Shown here: positions 12,700 to 25,573 of the stretch, in pieces
How positions within the stretch are numbered: the stretch's first letter is position 1
How the letters are laid out: each line of letters begins with the position of its first letter
Assembly (NCBI RefSeq): GCF_006345805.1
Contig: NW_021824831.1
Location: 1-64,000 of the forward strand
DNA length: 64,000 bases
Direction: 5' to 3'
Source of the DNA: Octopus sinensis
Taxonomy: Eukaryota
Made by a program: the position numbers and the translations under genes
Notes under the pieces: model-generated
Told to the model about the DNA's origin: nothing
The model's database searches: none
What the model saw: only the letters and a program-made list of their open reading frames with translations

Positions 12700-14105
12700 T
12701 AGTACACTCCCAAAATGTATTAGTTTTTGAAAGTGTTGGTATGCCGATTATACACTAAACATAAACACTCAATTAATAAAAAAAATTGATTATGCGGATA
12801 GAGTAGTACTAAGGACCCTTAAAAAATCCTTGTAACAATCTGAAAATGTATTAGTCTGAAAGAGCGGTGGTGTGTCAGTTACACAACAAACAGAAACAGT
12901 AAATTGATAAAGGAACTGAGAGTGAAGGGAAGAGTATAAAGGATAAATTCCCCTAATATTGAATGAGGCACTGTCGAGCGGACTCTCGTTGTAAAGATAA
13001 AACATTGCTGTTAGTACATTCTGGCTTGAGAAGGACTTTAGAAAAAAAGGAAAAACGCTTCCTGTTTTCCTTAATGGCGGAAAAATGTGTTCTGAACAGT
13101 TTTTTTAGGACCAAGTCCTTATCAATGAGACTGTCGACGCCTTGCGGGCTCGGAGAAAATGACAAAAACAAAAGTCAAGGGGACGGGAGCGAAAACGTGG
13201 TGACTTCTACCCAAACTAAAAAAACTCGTCAAAGTTAGTCTTGTCTAAAATGTGGTCGACTATGTCTACAAAAATGACATTCCTGTACAGGAAAACTCAT
13301 GAAGACTATTCACCAAATTTATCAAAATCGTATCTCATCATTATGCTAAATGGCATTTTGCAAAATGTCTCTATAATCGCTCAGTAACCGCTAGCAGCCA
13401 ACAATATATTTTGAGATTCAGTGGGCCAAAAAGTCATGGCACTATTTGATAATTTTAAATATTTTACATACTTACCCATAAAATTTAAACCGATGGGAGA
13501 AATCTAAAAAACTTTTTTCACAAGGAAGAAAAGCAATTTTTTGTTATTAAACCAAGGAAATATATTAAACCAAGGAAATAGATTAGTTGCTGAGCGGATG
13601 AACATGCAATTTCCACATAATATCGTAAGCGATATCCATTGAAAAAGGCAGCTCGTTTCACGGCTGTCGTGACTGCTCCTCAAAATGATTAAAGCAACAA
13701 AGGTCGACCAAAAAAGCATACTTTGCAATTTTTATAGTTTGAGCAAAAGCGGAAGGAGATCCAGAAAAAGAAGCGGAGTTTATAAGCAAGGAAAACGAGT
13801 CGACACAGGTTGCATCCTATACGAGGGAAAGTCCCATTTTGAACGGGAACAATGTAGACCCGTAAGGACGTTTTCCGTTTTCACGGTCTAGTTCGACTGG
13901 TTCCAGTACTGAAGGGAATCCAGCGACGTTAAGTGTGCCCCTAACGACATAACATCATTTACTGAGACGACAAAAGTGCGAGTGTAATCACCTCCTGTTA
14001 AAAGTTCGCCACACATGCAATTAAATATTGAATATAGCTATTTATATATGGAAGAGTGTAGATAAATCAATAATTTTAATTAAAAATTTTCAAGATACAG
14101 TAGAC

Positions 14106-16453
14106 CAGGGGTTCTCAACCTTTTTAGCTCATGGGCCAAATCGATAATTAAAAATATCTTTGCGGGCCGCACAAAAAATATTTTATATTATTAATGAAAA
14201 GAAGGCTTTATTAAGTAATAAAAATCAATGCGAGACTTGATTCTGTTTGGCGTCTTGATTTCAGAGCGAGATTCGTTTGTAGTTTGCGATTTGATTTCAG
14301 AGATTGAAATTTTATTTTTCTTGATTCACCTTGAGTGACATCTGTCACAGTCCTATTCTGAAATTCGCCCATTTTGTTACCTTGGCTTACCGACTTCTTC
14401 CGTGAAAAAGAAAGGAGGGACCCCAACTTCTCAGTATAGAATTACCTTTGCAGGTAAGTCCCAGTGACTGTTGACCAGAATTTGTAGTTTTTGATGCTTT
14501 TTTCAACGATTTCCCCTACCGTAGGCGTTTTAGCCTCGAGCCATGGGGGAATTGGGCATTCCAGACTTTGGGAGTAGGCGATTTTTAACGCCAGTCTCCG
14601 AGTCTTCTCAAACCTCCTGATAATGGAACTCCTCTTTCTAGAGAAGTGCCTCTTTTCCAAATATAAGTCCTGGTAAGATCACCGTGTTAAAAACATAAAG
14701 GAAAGTATCTGGTTCCAGATTTAACTTTCTTAAGCAAAACAGTGCGTTTGTTGCTTTCTTTTTTCGAATTTTCGCATTTTCAGTGTATTTACCATTTTTT
14801 TCAATTTGCAATTCCAGGTATTTTATTGAATGTTGTCGTGGTATGTTAGTAATCAGACATGGTGAATTTTTAAGATTTCTACTTTCTGTGATTCTCAACA
14901 GGGCAGACTTCTCACGTGCGACAGCCAGCATGTTATTTCTGCACCAATGTTCGACCTCTTCCATATATGACAGCATTCGTTGTTCAGATAAGGCAGGTTT
15001 CGGTGAAGCATCGAGGATGACCACATCATCAGCATATATTAGAATTTCCGTCCGTACATTGTTTGGGGAAGGTAGATTACTCATGACAATGTTAAATAAC
15101 AGAGGACTGAGAACTGATCCCTGGGGACACCTCTTTTTAATTTTAGCTCATCCGAGTCGTGGTTCAGTAAGCTTACCACTGACCGTCTGTCGCGGAGGAA
15201 GTCATGTAACCATAGAAACAGTTCTCTATCTATCTGACACTTCGCCAGATGCCTCAGAAGGCCAAAATGCCATACACTGTCGAATGCCTTCGAAATGTCA
15301 AGACAGGCCATCGTCAGAAATCCCTTGGTATCCAGAGCCTTCATAATTAACGAATTTACCGTATAATGACAGTCCCCACAAGAGCGATTTCTGCGGAAAC
15401 CCCACTGCGCATTTTTTAGAATATTTTTGTTCTCCACATGCTCCGAGAGTCTCCACAGCAATATCCTTTCCATGATTCGGCTGATGGTAGGAATCAGGCT
15501 TATCGGTCTATAGCTTGTTGGCAAGTAGCGAGGTTTTCCTGGCTTCAGTATCATCCTAACCTCCGTTAATTTCCAGGAGGAGGGGACGTATCCCAAATAA
15601 AGACTACAGGAGAAAAGACATCTCAAATATTCATAAAGTTTCCTCGGTGCTTCTTTGAACAATCGCATTGTTATCCTGTCTCTTCCTGGGGCATTATCCT
15701 TCGAGCATTTTATTGCGTCCTCCACGTCTTTGCAAGTTATAGCTTTCGTGCACAAAGGCAACGAGCTGAGGAGTCCATCCAATTCTTTTTTCATATGACA
15801 CAGTGCTGGGCCAGATAACTGTAAGTCCGGGTTGACCTCCTGAGTTCCTTTAAGACTGTCTCCAAATATATTTGGAATTTCTTCAAGAGAAGCAGGGGAT
15901 CCATCTTGATTTAACAGTCTCGGAATTGCTTCCTCGGATTTTGAAGTGGATAATTTTCCGAAAACTTTCCAAAAGTTTGGATTTGCTTTATGGAACTTAT
16001 TGCACTCAGCTTTCCATTTTTTATTCTTAGCAGCAATTGTTGACCTTCTTATTTCCTGGGAAATGGCAAATATTTCGTTTTTTAGAACAGATCGGTCGTG
16101 TAAGTCCACACAACGACAAAGTTTGTTCCTTAGGCATTGTTTTTTCTTTAAAAGGACTGCAACATTCTTGCGTGTCAACGGAATTTTCTTACTGTTCGAG
16201 CTGATTTTAGAAGAGTGTATTTCTAGATAAAACTTTATGAAGCCAATAAGAGAATTGCTCGACTTTCCAAATCTTCTTCTGAAAAATTATCCCCAAGTTG
16301 AGGGGCAAATTTGTTCAGATAAATTGCAACACTTTTTCTGTAGTGATCCCAGTTTATGGGAGTAAGGTATAAAAACAAAAAATATTTAATATATTTTTAT
16401 AACTTTAATCGGGCCGCACCAAAATTGTGGCGGGCCGCGGTTGAGAACCGCTG
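14106..16453. mobile_element. Short non-autonomous hAT element (~144 bp when empty) carrying a LINE insertion
   Basis: TIRs CAGGGGTTCTCAACC (14106) and GGTTGAGAACCGCTG (ending 16453); 8-bp TSD CAGTAGAC at 14098-14105 and 16454-16461. Confidence 0.88.
14184..16374 (-). mobile_element. 5'-truncated non-LTR retrotransposon (Jockey/I-like RT), frameshifted
   Basis: ORFs 15081-16178 and 14638-15084 contain APGRDRI, YRPISL, QWGFR, LDISKAFDSVWH, GVP and YADD. 13-bp TSD ACAAAAAATATTT at 14171-14183 and 16375-16387. Confidence 0.9.
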
Positions 16454-16620
16454 CAGTAGACTATTCATTTAACGAAAATGAAATTTGAACATTCGTTAAA
16501 TTTATTTAACACAAAAATATCCAAAAGAAGCAAAATTATCTAACTGAATGAAAAAATTGGTCTTATTTCGGCTTTTTGCGATCTTTTCTATCGAAGTTAA
16601 CGGGCTTTACTCTAGAATAG
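16454..16620. mobile_element. Terminal fragment of a Tigger family (TA|CAGTAGACTATTCATTTAACG end)
   Basis: Closely similar to the terminus at 62661-62730 that leads into a Tigger transposase; interrupted at 16626 by another Tigger. Confidence 0.6.
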
Positions 16621-17170
16621 ATATACAGTAAAACCTCTCGAATCCGCCAAAGTTGGAACCTGGGAAATTACGGCGGATTCGAGAGTTTGGCGGATTCGAG
16701 AGACAAATTTGAATATTTTTATTTGTTAATAAAATGCATTTTTTTAAATTTTATAGGCTAATTAAAAAATGAAGACATTAATTTCTTTAAATTTAGTCAG
16801 TTATTTTAGTTTTAATATTTATTTTGATGTTTTTCACTAACATCATCAAGGTGATTGAAGACATTTAAATTAGTTTCATCCTTTTGTTTGAAGTACTTCC
16901 TCAATGTATGGAGAGCATTCGAAGCATCGTGGTCTAAAACGACTTGTTCATTCTTTTTTTCTCCACAATCAATGTCCTCATCATCATTTTTATCCAAATT
17001 GTCCAGGATCTCTTCATTCTCTGTATACTCGTATAGAAGATACTCTTCCTCAGGAATTGGATCATTTATTTGTAGTCTTGACACGAATTGCTGATAGGTT
17101 TCAAGCGAAGACTCGTCATATATTTCTTCAATAAAATCTTCGGTCCATTTAGCATGTCGAAAACAATTTA

Positions 17171-17592
17171 CAGTCCGACCCCCAAATGGGGCACCAAGTG
17201 CCCCAAAATGCGGGGGTGCCCCAAAAACAGGGGTTTGTTATTTTTTTAAAAATTAAACCATTAATAAACATCAAAAAACATTTTTACTAAAATATTCAGT
17301 TATTTTCTTTTTATTTGTAGAGTTTTGTCTGATATTGTTCGTCAATTTCAGCCGAAAATCAAAAAAATCTCGGAGCATACTTGGTGCAACATTAGAAATT
17401 TTTTCTTCTAAATTGTTAAGCAGATCTTTTGTTTTTGCTACGACATTTTCACTATTTTCGGTTTCTGAATATGTATCATAAACATTATTGTTCATGTCTT
17501 CGCATTCTCCATCAATTGTTTCGTTAACAACTTGATCTAAATGTCCGAGGGTGCCCCACCCCTGGGGTCTGCCCCATTTTGGGGTCGGACTG
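17171..17592 (-). mobile_element. 422-bp internally deleted pogo/Tigger-type element (MITE-like)
   Basis: TIRs CAGTCCGACCCC...AATGGGGC and GCCCCATTTTGGGGTCGGACTG with TA on both sides; retains a transposase C-terminus (…KKITEYFSK); interrupts the host Tigger frame at NSTTI|NCFRHA. Confidence 0.85.
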
Positions 17593-17889
17593 TATTATTG
17601 TTGTACTATTTAGCTTTGTCCGTGCTTGATAGGTATAAATTAAAGCATCCTTAAGGTTTATTTCTTTGCATGCCTCAGATGACGATTTTCCGAGTTCAAT
17701 TTTTTCAATAATTTCAAGAAATTTGAATTTATTGAATAGCGTCTTGAATGTTTTAATGACTCCTTGGTCCATCGGCTGTAATAAACACGTAGCATTTGCC
17801 GGCAAAAACATGATTTCAATTTGCTGTAAATTTGTAAAAATCTTGTGAAATGGACATTGGTCAATTACGAGTAGTATTTTGCGTTTTTC

Positions 17890-19400
17890 TTTAGTTTTTC
17901 TTTAGCAAGCATCCGTTCAGCTTTATTACTGACAGACTCCAGGCCTCTTCCAAATTTATTTCTTGGTAGATACAATCTTTCTTTGTTTGCATGTTGGAAA
18001 TGTATACGTCTGTCCATAAGAATTCGGCGAATATTCTTATCAATCTGCTCAAATTCTCCATGCGCAACATCAATCAATCCAATGTAATAGTTATAAAGTG
18101 AGAGTGCATATTCATTTATCCCTTTAAACAGGTTAACTGAGTTTAAATCAGTTTTTGTCAAATTTTCAATACACGTAGATGCTTCTTTATAAATTTTATT
18201 CATAATTTCTTCTTTAAGGACATTACTGTTCTTATCCTCAAGGACTCCCAAATATTGATATCAATCCAATCCATCAAGGAAACGGGCTTTGCCAGACAAT
18301 AACTTCACATTTGTTGCGGATTTTTCAAAATTTCTCTCCAGCCCAGCGGCATCAAAAAACAAATCCACTTCTTTCATCATCATAACCATAGAATCACTAT
18401 GCTAAGAAAACAGTTTTATATCATCAATAAAGAGGAGGTGATTAGTTGCATAATTGGGTTCCCCATTTCCTGGAGTCCCCATCGTTATTTTCGGAAACTT
18501 TCCATTCTCCAATCGACTTAGAGGGTCCATTAACAAAGCAAAGATCTGCGGTGAAAGAGAATCTCCCTGTAGAATTCCTCGCTTTATTTTAATTTCTCCC
18601 AGAGTATTATTGTTCAAATTAAGCCTTATCTTCAATTTTGTGATAAGATTATTAATAAATATAATAATCCAGAAGGGGAGACCAGAATTTTGCAATACCT
18701 GGCCCAAAAATTCATGATCGACCGAATCAAAGGCTTTTTTAACATCAATCCATGTAGAACATAAATTGTTTCCATTTTTTTGATTTAAACATTGATTGAC
18801 ATTAGCTTGTTCTTTTGCCCCTTGACACATTCTCCTTGTTCCCAGCTGATTTTCAGTTATTAAATCTTATGAATCAACATATTCTGACAATTTCCTGTTC
18901 ACACATTTTGTCAATAATTTATATAGATTTGGCATGCACGTGATCGGCCTTAAATCCTTTGGGGAATTACATACATCCACTTTTGGAATGAGATAGGTCA
19001 CCCCAGTGTGAAACCACTCCTCAGGTGAATATTCATCATTAATAATCTTTTGAATTTCGGCACAAAGATGTTCATGGATTGAAGTAAAGTTTTTGATAAA
19101 AAAGTTGTACACTCCATCACAACCAGACGCTTTCCAATTTGGAAGCATCTTAATAGTATCAATAATTGCCTCTTCCGTAAAATTAGCATAAGAATTCTCA
19201 GATCCAATTACTCTTTTGCTAACCAGAAAATTCTTCTCCCTTCGCTCAACCTTATCCCAAATACTAGTCCAAAAAGAAAGGCATTCATCTTCGTCGAAAT
19301 TAATCATCCCCTTCTTGTTATCTCCAGTAATATTTCGATAGAATCGCCTTCTATTAAGTTCGAAACACCAATTTGCCTTTCTAAATCCTTTTCTTGATTA
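17890..19400 (-). mobile_element. R4/Dong-like RT fragment, AT-rich, frameshifted
   Basis: ORFs 18867-19307, 18402-18830 and 17865-18251: PNWKASGCDGVYNFFIK, RPITCMPNLYK, RGILQGDSLSP, HLLFIDDIKL, ERLYLPR. Confidence 0.88.
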
Positions 19401-20060
19401 ATAAATTCTCAACTTTAGAATATATATAAATCAAAATATTAGTGATAATATATAATTATTTTTAAAATTAATATTCAAAAATATGTTTATTCGAGAAAGA
19501 GCCAATAATATATTTGGGGGGTATTTGGCATAGAATTGACCTCTCAATAGTCACCCGGTTTCAAAGTAAATTTGTTTAATCAAAAAAATGATAAAACAGA
19601 ATTAATCTGATTAATTTTATTATCAGGTTATTTTTATTCAATTCTAATAAGTCTTTTAAAAAAGTCTTCTGATAACAATTATGATAAAGCTCAAGCATGA
19701 TTTGCTATAGCATTCTTTACAATACTTCATTTAAACCGGCAAAGTTAAAAAGGCATCTGGAGTATGTTCATTCATATTCAATTCATTTTTATTTTTTAAT
19801 ATAATTTGAATTGAATAAAAATATTTCCCCTTTTTCTTACTCTTAACAATTTTCAATTTTAACGGTGTTTTATCAGTCAGAGTCAGAATCAGTATAAGGC
19901 AGTATCAAATAGAACGTGTTGAATAAATCACACCAGTGTCGATACAGAATGTATTTTGTAAAAAATTTGTAATTAAAATAATTTTTTTTAGCTTTTTAGT
20001 AATAAAATTTGTTTGATTGAATTAACATTAAAATAATTAGGTCCGCGTTTGTGACTGAAT

Positions 20061-20584
20061 ATGATGATAACAATTTTTATTCTTATTTTGTCTAATGTGA
20101 CTTGCGGTCTAATACGATTTGAAAACTGTGACGGGAATGCGGCAGTAATAACAAGCATTGATGTGAAAAATTGTAACATGACTTCATGTATTCTATATGC
20201 AGGCGAAGAATTTGAGATACAAATAAATCTAACAATATGTATAGATACGATTTTATTTATAGACGAGCAAATCAGCAATTTTAAAGCGAAAGCATTCATT
20301 CGAAAGCACATTCTTATTTTGTCAATTTCCAATGCATGTGATTATGTTTTGGGAAATTGTCCACCTGTGATAGGCAATCATATTTCTTTTAATTATAAAA
20401 AGATACTTCCCAATATACCTACAATAGTATTTTTGATATATTTATCATATAGCCGATGCATCTACATCTTACTTGGAAGTTTTTTGACAGCGATTTAATG
20501 GTCGGCTGCGCCAGAATTGCGTTTAGGACTATCTGGAAAATAATGAATTCAGAAAACAAAATTGGTGTCAATATTCGAATATAA
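20061..20584 (+). CDS. ML-domain (NPC2-like) secreted lipid-binding protein
   Basis: Signal-peptide-like N-terminus and the ML cysteine pattern FENCDG...KNCNMTSCIL...NACD...NCP...VGC. Two GT-AG introns (20239-20262, 20427-20452) give an intact frame ending ...GVNIRI* at 20584. Confidence 0.78.
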
Positions 20585-20655
20585 TGAATCTCCTTAATCT
20601 AATTAACCTCACTAATAATTCTGTTTTTTGATTTTGATTAATCCTCTTTTTCTTA

Positions 20656-20960
20656 TCTTAATAATAAAATGGTATGGTGTCTGTCTGTGTGTGCACACCA
20701 ACTTCAAATTAGCAAACTACTGATAAATTCTAAAAATCCTTCCCTCTTATAATTCGCCAATAATGGGTAACAAGTCTAAAATGATGATGTCCTTCAAAAA
20801 TCTTCTACCCAAAAACTTACATATCAAGAATATCGTCGATGATGAGGTTCTTAAAACTTTCTCACCAAAAAAAATTAAAAAATATATTTTCTGGATTTTG
20901 ATTAAAATAAACAACACACATGTACTTGACTCACATGATGATCTATCACCCAGGCATAAA
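20656..20960 (+). mobile_element. Old, diverged 5' end of the Helitron family with 1-2 proto-units of the 96-bp repeat
   Basis: A|TCTTAATAATAAAATGGTATGGTGTCTGTCTGTG matches 28060 and 58202; downstream ...aaaattaaaaaatatattttctggattttg...cttgactcacatgatg is a degenerate satellite unit. Confidence 0.75.
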
Positions 20961-21169
20961 ATTGGCCAACCCTCAGAATGCCCCTTAAAAAATTACATTT
21001 AAAATATGTCACAGAAATGTAAAATATCTGCTCTCTTGGGGACCTATAAAAAGTAATGGAGAAAAAGTAAAGACTTGATAATTTTTACGGGGAAGAGTAT
21101 CTTCTTCAGAAAGACGGAGCGACCTGTCATGTATCAAAGTCAACAAAAGACTATCTCACTAAAAATAAT

Positions 21170-21649
21170 AAAAATCTTTTGGGAAATTGGGGGAATAAGT
21201 CTCCGGACTTGAACAAAATCGAAAATCTATGATCGATTTAAAAAAATAGAATGAGAAACGTAAATACGTCCTCAATTCAGGAATTATAGAGCGAGACAAA
21301 AATACATGAAATAACATTAAAAAAGACGTCATTGTATTACTTTTTGAATTCATTCCGGAAAAAATTTCTTTAGTAGTAAGGAATTAAGGCGGAACTACGA
21401 AATATTGACTTATTAAATAAAATTAGATTTATTTTTTGCGTTTTTTAAAAGGTCCCTCCAATATATGGACAGATTGTTTTTTCAATTTTTTAAATTGCCA
21501 AAAATATTTCATCGACGTTTTTATAATTGTTGCAAACTGATCGATCTTAGGCAAAAAATTATTTTATTTTTTTAGACTTTTTGAAATTTTGCCACAAATA
21601 TGGATTTTTAGTTAAAAAATACGGTGCCTCTAACATTTGGCCAGGACTG
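21170..21649 (+). mobile_element. Tc1-like 3' remnant with right TIR
   Basis: SPDLNKIENL at ~21200; TTTGGCCAGGACTG|TA ending 21649 resembles a Tc1 terminal repeat. Confidence 0.55.
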
Positions 21650-21829
21650 TACTACATTTTTGCGACTGTTACAAATAACCCAAATGTGCTAAAGATTGTC
21701 AGGACTTGTAGCGTATTGGTGGTCTTGACGGTATTTTTTTTGCTGACATTAGAAATACCATAACTAACAATTAGACACGGAAGTCAAGACGAGTCAAGAC
21801 GGATGTACGGTAACCTATTAAAATTTTCA

Positions 21830-23960
21830 CAGATTATCGTCCGATAACCTGTATGCCCAACCTGTACAAGTTGATGACTAAGGTGGTGGCTACTGAGGTC
21901 AGAAATTTCGTGGAGGTGAATGGGATTCTGTCCGAGAACCAGTTAGGTACTCGGCGGGATTGCCAGGGAGCTAAGGAGCAGGCACTGATCAACAAATGCC
22001 TCGCGAGAGCCCACGGAAACTCACTAGTGTCAATGTGGGTGGATGTGAAGAAGGCATATGACTCGGTTGATCATGCCTACCTCGTTGAGTGTCTGCGAAG
22101 GCTTAAGTTGCCAATGTGGTTTATCAAATTTGTTGCAACTGTGATGGACAGGTGGAACGTGCATCTACATTACAACAAATGCGATATAGGCGAGGTGAAA
22201 CTAGAGAGGGGCATATTACAGGGCGACAGCATGTCTCCGCTGCTGTTCGTCCTCTGCCTAGAACCGCTGAGTAGAGTCCTCACTGCCCAATTCGAACAAA
22301 TGTCGATCGAACATGAAGGAGGGTGTTTTAGCACCAACCATCTCATGTTCATAGACGACATTAAGCTGTTCGCTCGGTCTTCAGAGATCCTCCACTCGAT
22401 GGGCAAAGTCCTGAAAGGTTTCATGAAGGCCGTGGGGTTGGAGCTCAACTACGACAAGTCGGCGACTAACACCCCTGTGTGTGGTGACCTAGTCAAAGTC
22501 TTGGAGGAACACCAAGGGTATAAGTATCTTGGTGTAATTGAGAGTCCAGCCTCATTAATCACACCCGAAACGAGAAAGTGTGTAGTGGAGGGTGTTCGTA
22601 GTAGGGCGGCAATGTTATGTAAGACTCGGCTCAATGCACGGAACTTATTTCATGCCTTGAACGAGTACGCCATCTCATTGCTAAACTACTACGTTGGCCT
22701 GATCGAATTCGAGCCGAGTGAGTACGATGAAATGGACCTTATTGTCCGAAGAGTACTCCGAGAGAATCATGTCCACGTGTTGGCAAGCAATAAGGAGAGA
22801 TTGTACTTGTCTCGCGGGCAGCTAGGACGTGGACTGAGTAACATCGTACACTTAAGTGAGCGAATTCTTACTAAGATGCACGACACCTTGTGGAGTGGGT
22901 CGAGTGTATCCCAAAGGAAGGCTGCCATCCTTGCTGCTGAAAAAGCGCGTGGTACACACCTAGGAACCATAAAAGGCTATGTGTCGGCTAAGTATGGTCT
23001 AGGTGTTACCCAAGTTAATGTGAAGGAGTTGATCAAACTTCAAAAGGAGTCTTTAATTAAAAAGATCAACTTAAAAGTCCTTCACAAGACTCTCTTTAGC
23101 AGCCTGGACAACCCGCACATTGACGTATCGTCGTCATCTACGTGGCTGAAATATGGGAATAACTCTCCCGATCAGAAGGGTTGTTCTCATATTTGCAGGA
23201 TAGAAACTTTTTTAATGGTCAACGGAAACAGTGTAACCACTGTAAGAGTAAGGCAATGACCGTTGACCATTTAGCCACGAAGTGCGGGAGTATGCTTTAC
23301 CATGATTACACATGGAGGCATAACGAGGTGGTGAGGTCCCTCCATCTTTTGCTCTGCAATAAGTATGGCTTGAGGCGGTCCAGAAAGTTGCGAACCCATC
23401 GAGTTCAATCGGTGTGTGAGAACTCGCGGGTGTGCATTAAGGTGGATACCCCCATACGCACCTCGATTGTTGTCCAGCACAACAGACCCGACATTGTGGT
23501 CCACGATAAGGTCACCGGGGAGATTGTTATCGTGGAGGTGGGCATCACGTGCCTAGACCGTTTGCAGATAGTGGAAGTGGAGAAAAGGAGGAAGTATGAC
23601 CTCCTTGCAAACGAGCTAGGACTGATGCACCAGTGCAAAGTCCATGTCATCCCGTGTGTAATGACATGGGATGGACTGGTCACCAAATACCACAAGCGGT
23701 ACTTAAGACAGTTGGATGTAGATAAGTCTCTACAGGCTTATATACAGTCAACTGTTCTTAAGAGGACTCTGGAAAGTGTCTCGTTTGATGCTCGCCGATC
23801 CAGCCCTTTCCTGACGTTTAGTCAGCAAGAGGCGCTGGACTGCACCTTCTCGAAGGTCTACAGTGCCAGAGAAGAGGAGGAAGAAGGGGAGGTGGTGCGT
23901 GGAGTGCCACCTTCTGCTCACTTCGAAGGCTCTGGACTTAGTTAGCAAAATTACTTAGTT
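21830..23960 (+). mobile_element. R4/Dong-clade non-LTR retrotransposon (RT + CCHC + restriction-like endonuclease), 5'-truncated, near-intact
   Basis: ORF 21853-23259 (RT: QGAKEQ, WVDVKKAYDS, QGDSMSP, FIDDIKL) and ORF 23181-23945 (CNHC...HLATKC...HNEVV; RPDIVV...IVEVG...EKRRKY) are joined by one 1-nt shift at ~23167; TTAG-like 3' tail. Confidence 0.92.
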
Positions 23961-25573
23961 AATTAGTTTCTTTTTTTAATAAATGGTTATCAATTTTATG
24001 AACTGAGAATTAATTTCTAATCAAAAATCTCACGAAATCAAATTCTATATTCATTTTTAGATTCTAGAGACCGCTAGAAAATTATTTTTGATTTTCCAAC
24101 ATCTTTGATTCTCTATAATCAATTATTCTTTGACAGCCCAGAGAGACTTTTAGGTCAGCGGAACATGATCAAAACAGTCTGGGAAAACTAGGTGTTCCAT
24201 TTAGACAAAAACGACGTCTTCTCTACTAAGCAGTAGCCTGGCAATGCATAGTCTCCTACGATTTTAATCACTTTTTGGCCTGATATCCCATTCGAACAAA
24301 AATTTATTGAATAACTTAGAATACATCCATGCTTTTTTTGAATTATGATAGGTCACAAAACTTCGATAGCTAAAATTTTTAAAGCATCTAGGATTTTTGA
24401 ATTTTCAAATTATGAATGGTGTTAGTTTAGCGGTATCAGTCATATTTGAACAGAACATTATCGATATTCGATCCTTCAATAATTTATGCCCATATCTCTT
24501 GATCTTGCAAATGCTTTTACATGGAAGAGCTTTATAAAATAATCCTGTCTCATCTGCATTATAGGCATTTTCGCGACCATATAATTTTATTTTTGCTCTT
24601 ATATTAATGAGAAAATCATTAACTTCAGAATTTGAAAGATTCTCTATAGAAGATTCTCCATAAAGTTTCTTCAATTTTAACCCATGTCTTCTTTTAAATT
24701 TTTCAAGCCATCCACGACTGGCTTTAAACTCAGTTATTTGACGTTTCTTCGCAAAGTCTTCAGCCTTTGTAAGAATAATCGAATCATTAAGAATTGCTCC
24801 TCTGGTTTCCATCATTTCAATCCATGACATAGTATCTTCATCAGTTTCATTGAACTTTAAATATGGATTCCGAGATAATTCTGAAAAAAGCAAGGCAGAT
24901 ACATTCCTTCTGCTCCTAAGGTCGTTTAAAGATCGTCTTGAAATAACGCGTCTGAATCTTTCGGAAAAGATAGCAGACACTCTTGTAAGCGAAATCCCTG
25001 GATTTTGATCGATAAATTTAATAATTTGTTGTTTTTCGGAATTTTTCAATCTGGTACAATAACGTTTCATTACAATTAACAGGACCAACCACACAATTAA
25101 ATGATAATGTCTCGTGTAAAAGTGTTTTTGAATTTTAAAAAATAATAATAATTAAGAAAATAAAAAATATATATTTCTAAAAATGCGGCGGATTCGAGAA
25201 ATTGGCGGATTCGGGAATTTCTCATAGGAAATTTCGTATTCTTGAAAAAATTCGGCGGATTCGAGAGGTGGCAGATTCGAGAGACGGCGGATTCGAGAGG
25301 TTTTACTAGTTTATAATTAGCGGTAGAAGAAAATTATGAGCTTAATTTCTTATAAGGGATATATTTTCCGAATTGCAGCAGCTTTTCCCTTTCAAAATAG
25401 CCGGACAAATCTTTTCTAAACGTTATGTGGATCGTTTCTCTTAATCTAGTTTATTTTGTAGATAGGCCGTACTTTAGTTTTAGGATTATTTTAGACATTT
25501 AGTAGACTAAAATAAGAACATAGCACCTAGCGACCTTTTCAGTCTCCACACTTTTTCCCTTACATGTTTAATT

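Larger units (their letters stand above)
16626..25308 (-). mobile_element. Tigger transposon split into 5' (~24270-25308) and 3' (16626-~17890) halves by a ~6.4-kb insert
   Basis: Matching TIRs CAGTAAAACCTCTCGAATCCGCC and GGCGGATTCGAGAGGTTTTACT with GGCGGATTCGAGAG subterminal repeats at both ends. The 5' half (ORF 24405-25094) ends at KAWMYSKLFNKFLFEWDIR and the 3' half resumes EKRKILLVIDQCP...QPMDQG...NCFRHA. Confidence 0.8.

Noticed and set aside
12790-13240. Overlapping short ORFs on both strands as a gene
   Set aside because: No motif and no convincing splice pattern.
14783-15346. 187-aa plus-strand ORF (and similar antisense ORFs over myosin, DNAAF5 and the RTs)
   Set aside because: Antisense to well-supported coding sequence; no independent evidence.
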